NCBI GenBank assembly: GCA_965222115.1
Contig: CBDCTJ010000007.1
Coordinates: forward strand, 1,856,001-1,920,000
Length of the DNA: 64,000 bases
Reading direction: 5' to 3'
Origin: Planctomycetota bacterium
GTDB lineage: Bacteria; Planctomycetota; PLA2; JAEUHO01
The notes under the pieces are model-generated. The model saw nothing but the letters and a program-made list of their open reading frames with translations, ran no database searches and was not told the DNA's origin. How positions within the stretch are numbered: position 1 is the first letter of the stretch; each line of letters begins with the position of its first letter. A program made the position numbers and the translations under genes. Of the stretch, positions 59,599 through 64,000 are shown piece after piece.

Positions 59599-60120
59599 AT
59601 GGCAGCCGTAAAACGTCCCGCATGGAAAGTCGCAAAGCTGGCGCAGGGTTCGAGCCTCACAGGTGAACCGTTTGCGCCCGACACGCCCATTGTGACCGCG
59701 CTCTTCGGCGAAGAAACGGAAGTGGGCGAAGATGGGGTGAAGGGCATTGGCTTTGTTCGCAAAGACTTCCTCGAATCGGAAGCTACGGATGAAATCCTCG
59801 CCGACGCCTACTGCCAATGGCGCACACGCACACCGCCCGCCGATCCCGCCAAGGAGAGGCGTCTTGATTTGGGAATGGCGCGTCAGTTTCTTGAGCGACT
59901 GCTTGCGGAGGGCGATCCCGAAAAGGCAGCCGTGTGCTTGACGCTTGCGTTGCTGCTTTTGCGCAAACGCAAATTGACGCTCGTGGAAGAGACGGGCGAA
60001 GCGATGAAGATGCGTTGGCCACGCGAAAAAGAGACGTTCCTGGTCCCCGCCCCCGTCGTCACCGCCGCCGAAGCCGAGGTGTTGCAGCAGGATCTGCAAA
60101 GGCTCTTCGAAATCGGTTAA
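59599..60120 (+). CDS. hypothetical protein
   Basis: Long ORF with host-like codon use; FVRKD, LALLLLRKRKL. Confidence 0.65.
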   Translation: MAAVKRPAWKVAKLAQGSSLTGEPFAPDTPIVTALFGEETEVGEDGVKGIGFVRKDFLESEATDEILADAYCQWRTRTPPADPAKERRLDLGMARQFLERLLAEGDPEKAAVCLTLALLLLRKRKLTLVEETGEAMKMRWPREKETFLVPAPVVTAAEAEVLQQDLQRLFEIG

Positions 60121-60626
60121 GTCCGCTCCAACCATTCCGTCCCTGAACCTGAATCTCAATCTGTCGCCTGAACTTGTTCTTCTTCCTGCTCCGTATTCGT
60201 ATCCGTATCTGTGTCGATGTCCTTATCCGTTCCTGAATCCCTTTCCCATTGGCCGCAGGATTTCGCTCAAATTGCTCACACGAAGGGAACGAAGAAACGA
60301 AGCGCAAGGCGTTGGTGGACGCGTTTATGCAGATGGGGGCTGCCGGTTGCGGGACGCTGCTTGGATAAGAGGCTCTCACCAAGGGCACCAAGACCACCAA
60401 GCGCGGCTAGTGAATTGGGAACTGCGTTCCATTGGAATTGGGGTTGGGTATGGCCCCGAAGGGGCCAAAGTTGATAGCCCAGGATGGAGCATAGCGAAGC
60501 GTCGCGTAATCCTGGGTAGAGATACAAAAAATGACTCGGCGCCCTGCAAGGGCGCAAGTCTACTTTAGGTTGACCTACCTATTGCGATTGAGCGAAGTCG
60601 CCGATCTCTAGGATACAAGTCCTCTC

Positions 60627-61031
60627 ATGAAGTACGTATCGATCCGTGATTCGGATAGTCAAGGCAATCTCATGTTCGACGTGGCGGATGTGATTCATGC
60701 GTTGGGTGATACAGCGAGACAACTTGTGTGGCGCGCGACGTGTGTCGAAGCCTTTGGACGAGCGAAACAGCAACTCGAAGGGTGGGGAGACGCAGGATCG
60801 TTGAAGTCTGGCGAGGAATTCGCCAAACTGGCCGACGACATAGACCAAATCGTCGAAGGCGAATTCATCGGCAGAGTAAGTCCGGAAGGACGAATACTGT
60901 TGATCATACGCGCGGTTGACAGTTCGTACTTTGACGTGCTGTTTCTCTCAGATTTTGCCGTTGAAGACGCGCTTCGAGACGCGTTCACGGACGTCTCGGA
61001 CACAGAGGAGTGGCCAAACTCGCCCCCGTAG
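60627..61031 (+). CDS. hypothetical acidic protein (possible immunity-like protein)
   Basis: 134-aa ORF; LIIRAVDSSYFDV motif. Confidence 0.55.
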   Translation: MKYVSIRDSDSQGNLMFDVADVIHALGDTARQLVWRATCVEAFGRAKQQLEGWGDAGSLKSGEEFAKLADDIDQIVEGEFIGRVSPEGRILLIIRAVDSSYFDVLFLSDFAVEDALRDAFTDVSDTEEWPNSPP

Positions 61032-61075
61032 ATGAGCGGGTCTGATTGTGCTCGAATTCCAGCTAGCATCACCCC

Positions 61076-61492
61076 ATGCCCCTCGGTCGCCTCGAACCCA
61101 GATTTGTAGTCGTTTGGTTTATCGCCACCGCATTGTGTGCGTGGGTTTACGTGCTGCGTGTGCGTCGGGCACGCCAGGAAGGTATGTTTACGTTATTGGA
61201 GAGTTTGCCGCTCTTCGTGTCACTCTTGGCCGTTGCCCTTGCACTCTACGCGTTTGCCGGTGGGGGGCATCCGCTTGCGCAATACAATGCCCCCGATCGA
61301 ATGCGCGGTGTGGCTGTGTGGGCATTGGGCTGGCTGCCACTACTCGGTACGTCTGTGTTTTGCGCGCTCATGAGCCTCGTTCGACTCTTCATGCCGATGC
61401 GCTCTTCATACGACGCCAGATTTCGAATGGCCTCCCTCCTCGCTTCCCTGTTCACGTTTGGCGCAGTAATGAAGAACTTTCCGTCCGCGTGA
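61076..61492 (+). CDS. hypothetical 4-TM membrane protein
   Basis: Four hydrophobic segments. Confidence 0.55.
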   Translation: MPLGRLEPRFVVVWFIATALCAWVYVLRVRRARQEGMFTLLESLPLFVSLLAVALALYAFAGGGHPLAQYNAPDRMRGVAVWALGWLPLLGTSVFCALMSLVRLFMPMRSSYDARFRMASLLASLFTFGAVMKNFPSA

Positions 61493-61565
61493 TCTCTATT
61501 CCTCGACGTATATCTGGTGAAACGTGCCGTTGATTGCTAAGCCAAAGAGTTCGCTCCAACTCGCT

Positions 61566-63002
61566 TTAGCGCGAGAGTTCGATTGCCTCTTCCCCGGTTC
61601 CGAGACGACATCCGTTTGGCGTGAGCTCGTAGGGCAAGGTCTTGCCTTCAGGCGAATTCGTACGCCGTGTCGACTGCGGGGGCGGGTCGAGTTGGTTCAG
61701 CGACGGAGGAAAGGTGCCGTGGCGGATAAAGTGAAGACGTAGCGCGAGCGCAATTAGCACACGATTCAACTGGGAATCGCAACGTTCTTTTCTGTGCGCA
61801 GCAATCGGGAGCGGCACCAGCAACATGGTGGCGAGGATCAACCCAAGTTGGCGTCCAGTTTCGCTAGCGCGGGACGTGCTGGATTCGGTGAACGCTCCAA
61901 TTATTTTCTTGAGCGAGAGTGACTTCAAATCTTTGTTCAGCTTCTTGACTCGATCGCTCAGTTGATCGACACGTCGTTTTGTCTTCTCCACGTTTTCAGC
62001 GGTCAGAGTGCCAATCAAAGGCACAACCTCATCGAGAATACGATTGAACTCTGCCAATGTTGAATTGAGCAACGCGTATCCGTCGCGTCGTGCCTTGGTA
62101 CTCTTCTGACGCTTCAATTCAGCAGTCACGTTGCCAATGAACGACCCAAGAACCATATAGCGATCGAACACGCCGGTGTGTCGGCTTAGGTCCTCCCGCA
62201 TGGGTGGCAACTCGCGGAGTACCGCAATAGCCTGCTTGCAGCCTGCTTCACTGATCGAAGATGACCCGACGGCGCTTTGTATGACATCCAATGCCCTTTG
62301 GCGACGGGACAGCGCAATGAAATACCACAGGAGTCCGCCCTGCTGATCTAGCAGGGTATGGAGGCGAAAGAGCGCCTTCACGTCCTCCAATCCCTCTTCC
62401 CACTTTCCGGTAAACACTCTCACCTCGGCCCGATCACCTAGGCAATCACAGAGCTCGCCAAGCCGGTCGATCGGGAAGGGGTCGCTCAGTTGGCCGTCCG
62501 AGTTGCCAATCACCATAGGCGACCAGAGTCTTGGCTTCCGCGATGCATGTACCAAACCATCGATCTCTTTCTGGAGCCTCTGAAGGACCTCAACCAACAG
62601 AGCGCGTTCGGCCTCCTCTAGGTCCGAAAAATCTGAGTAAATCCCAAAGTAGTCTTCGGGAAGTTGGAAGCTCCCCTTGGTTGGCAGATCGTCGGGTGCG
62701 CCAAGTAGCGCGAGCACCTCGGCTCTATTCCCGTTGATCGTATCCGTTCCGAGGATACGTAACAGTGGGATTGCAGCGTTGTCCTCCGGCGGTGGCGCTC
62801 GTTCAGCGTTGATGGCCGCCACGTAGTCAATGCTGCCATCCTTGGCGAGCGGCTCAACAATGCGTGTCGTGGCGTGGCCGCGCATGAGTGTGGTCGTATC
62901 GGGTTCAAAAGTGGCTACAGAAGACTGCCTGCCGTTCAGTACCAGCACCACCACGAGTGCGGCAACCACGAAGCCCAAAATCATGGTCCTAGACATTGAC
63001 AC
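61566..63002 (-). CDS. membrane-anchored helical hypothetical protein
   Basis: N-terminal TM; PL..DG.IDYVAAIN, C-terminal ALAL..H...HG.FP.SL..L. Confidence 0.7.
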   Translation of the reverse strand: MSMSRTMILGFVVAALVVVLVLNGRQSSVATFEPDTTTLMRGHATTRIVEPLAKDGSIDYVAAINAERAPPPEDNAAIPLLRILGTDTINGNRAEVLALLGAPDDLPTKGSFQLPEDYFGIYSDFSDLEEAERALLVEVLQRLQKEIDGLVHASRKPRLWSPMVIGNSDGQLSDPFPIDRLGELCDCLGDRAEVRVFTGKWEEGLEDVKALFRLHTLLDQQGGLLWYFIALSRRQRALDVIQSAVGSSSISEAGCKQAIAVLRELPPMREDLSRHTGVFDRYMVLGSFIGNVTAELKRQKSTKARRDGYALLNSTLAEFNRILDEVVPLIGTLTAENVEKTKRRVDQLSDRVKKLNKDLKSLSLKKIIGAFTESSTSRASETGRQLGLILATMLLVPLPIAAHRKERCDSQLNRVLIALALRLHFIRHGTFPPSLNQLDPPPQSTRRTNSPEGKTLPYELTPNGCRLGTGEEAIELSR

Positions 63003-63252
63003 ACAACAATACTACATGCCTGCCAACCAATCCGGATTCCTCGCAATCCGCTCCAATCTTTACTAACGACCTTTGCCCAGATCTGTTTCGAATCCACGTC
63101 CCCACGACGAATTCCGTGGCTCATCGCGCCGGAGCAAGCGAATCAACCACGCCTCGCCTTGCGGGACCCCGCGACGTGCCGATACTGCGCCCTTCGAGGC
63201 CGCCCGAGATTCATGGGTCGCTTCCTGATTCCTAAGCAATGTGGAGAGACCC

Positions 63253-64000
63253 ATGTCCGGCAGCAACGCACGCTTCGTTTGGTACGAACTCATGAGCAAA
63301 GATCCCGACGGCAGCAAAGAGTTTTACTCAAAGCTCATGAACTGGAGTGCAGCCCCCTGGGAAGGCGAAATGCCCTACACCATGTGGATGAACGGCGAGA
63401 GCCCCGTTGGCGGATTGATGGAACTTCCAGAAGACGCCGCCAAGGCGGGTGCGCCCACCCATTGGATGGGTTACGTCGGTGTGGACGATGTCGATGCTAC
63501 GGCAAAGAAGGCTGATGAGATTGGTGGCAAGACGCTCGTTGGTCCGCGCGACATTCCCGGTGCCGGCCGCTTTGCCGTGCTCTGTGATCCCACGGGCGCC
63601 ACGATTGCGATTTATAAGTCTGAAAAGGACGAGCAGCCGAGCAACGATGATCCCAAGGCCGGCGAAGTGTCGTGGCACGAACTTATGTCGGAGAATTTCG
63701 AAGAAGCGTTCTCCTTTTACAACCAACTTTTTGGTTGGACGAAGCACGACGACATGGACATGGGTGAGGCGGGTGTGTATCGCCTCTACGGCGCGGGCGA
63801 GCGTACGCTTGGTGGCATGTTTAACAAGCCCGCCGAAGTGCCGATGTCGGCGTGGATGTATTACTTCGAGGTGCCTGAAATTCAGGCAGCCGTCAACACG
63901 GCGAAGACGCTCGGCGGGAATCTGCTTCACGGGCCCATGGAAGTTCCCGGTGGCACCTACATTGCGCAGATGATCGATCCCCAGGGCGGTGCCTTTGCGC
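63253..64000 (+). CDS. VOC/glyoxalase family protein with two domains (runs off window edge; absent from ORF track)
   Basis: Manual translation: FVWYELM, HWMGYVGVDDVDA, GRFAVLCDPTGA; second domain VSWHELM...AWMYYFEV...DPQGG; GGAG upstream. Confidence 0.9.
   Translation, partial: MSGSNARFVWYELMSKDPDGSKEFYSKLMNWSAAPWEGEMPYTMWMNGESPVGGLMELPEDAAKAGAPTHWMGYVGVDDVDATAKKADEIGGKTLVGPRDIPGAGRFAVLCDPTGATIAIYKSEKDEQPSNDDPKAGEVSWHELMSENFEEAFSFYNQLFGWTKHDDMDMGEAGVYRLYGAGERTLGGMFNKPAEVPMSAWMYYFEVPEIQAAVNTAKTLGGNLLHGPMEVPGGTYIAQMIDPQGGAFA

Overview
GC-rich bacterial chromosomal segment. Its gene repertoire (zinc-ribbon/RSS-rich membrane protein, HEAT-repeat and carboxypeptidase-regulatory-like proteins, prenyltransferase-repeat lipoprotein, Trx7/PDZ protein, many Cys-Gly-rich lipoproteins) suggests Planctomycetota, which is an inference. 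Housekeeping genes: lipB, argG, uvrB-uvrC, transaldolase/fsa, xerD-like recombinase, lspA, pyrD, secA, waaA (two homopolymer frameshifts), metK, dnaE and tRNA-Arg(ACG). Five signals stand out. (1) Two selenoprotein candidates are broken or truncated in the ORF track. One is an exported Trx7/heme-c/PDZ protein with a double-UGA U-x-x-U-x-x-C motif, in an operon with a MauE/DoxX protein and a Moco-pentapeptide fusion. The other is a secreted, disordered protein ending C-F-T-U-G-stop, with a well-placed SECIS-like hairpin. (2) A molybdenum island combines MoSto (mosAB) and modABC with an EcfT/S-component fusion and three proteins sharing a degenerate Moco-fold-like domain. (3) A structured ~215-bp tRNA-linked repeat array has a 2.3-kb cargo inserted into one unit between 13-bp direct repeats. 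(4) A MoeB-TusA-inactive-MoeB fusion resembles the pseudo-dimeric E1 architecture. (5) Several gene 3' ends are duplicated. All product calls come from motif recognition only; no database searches were run.
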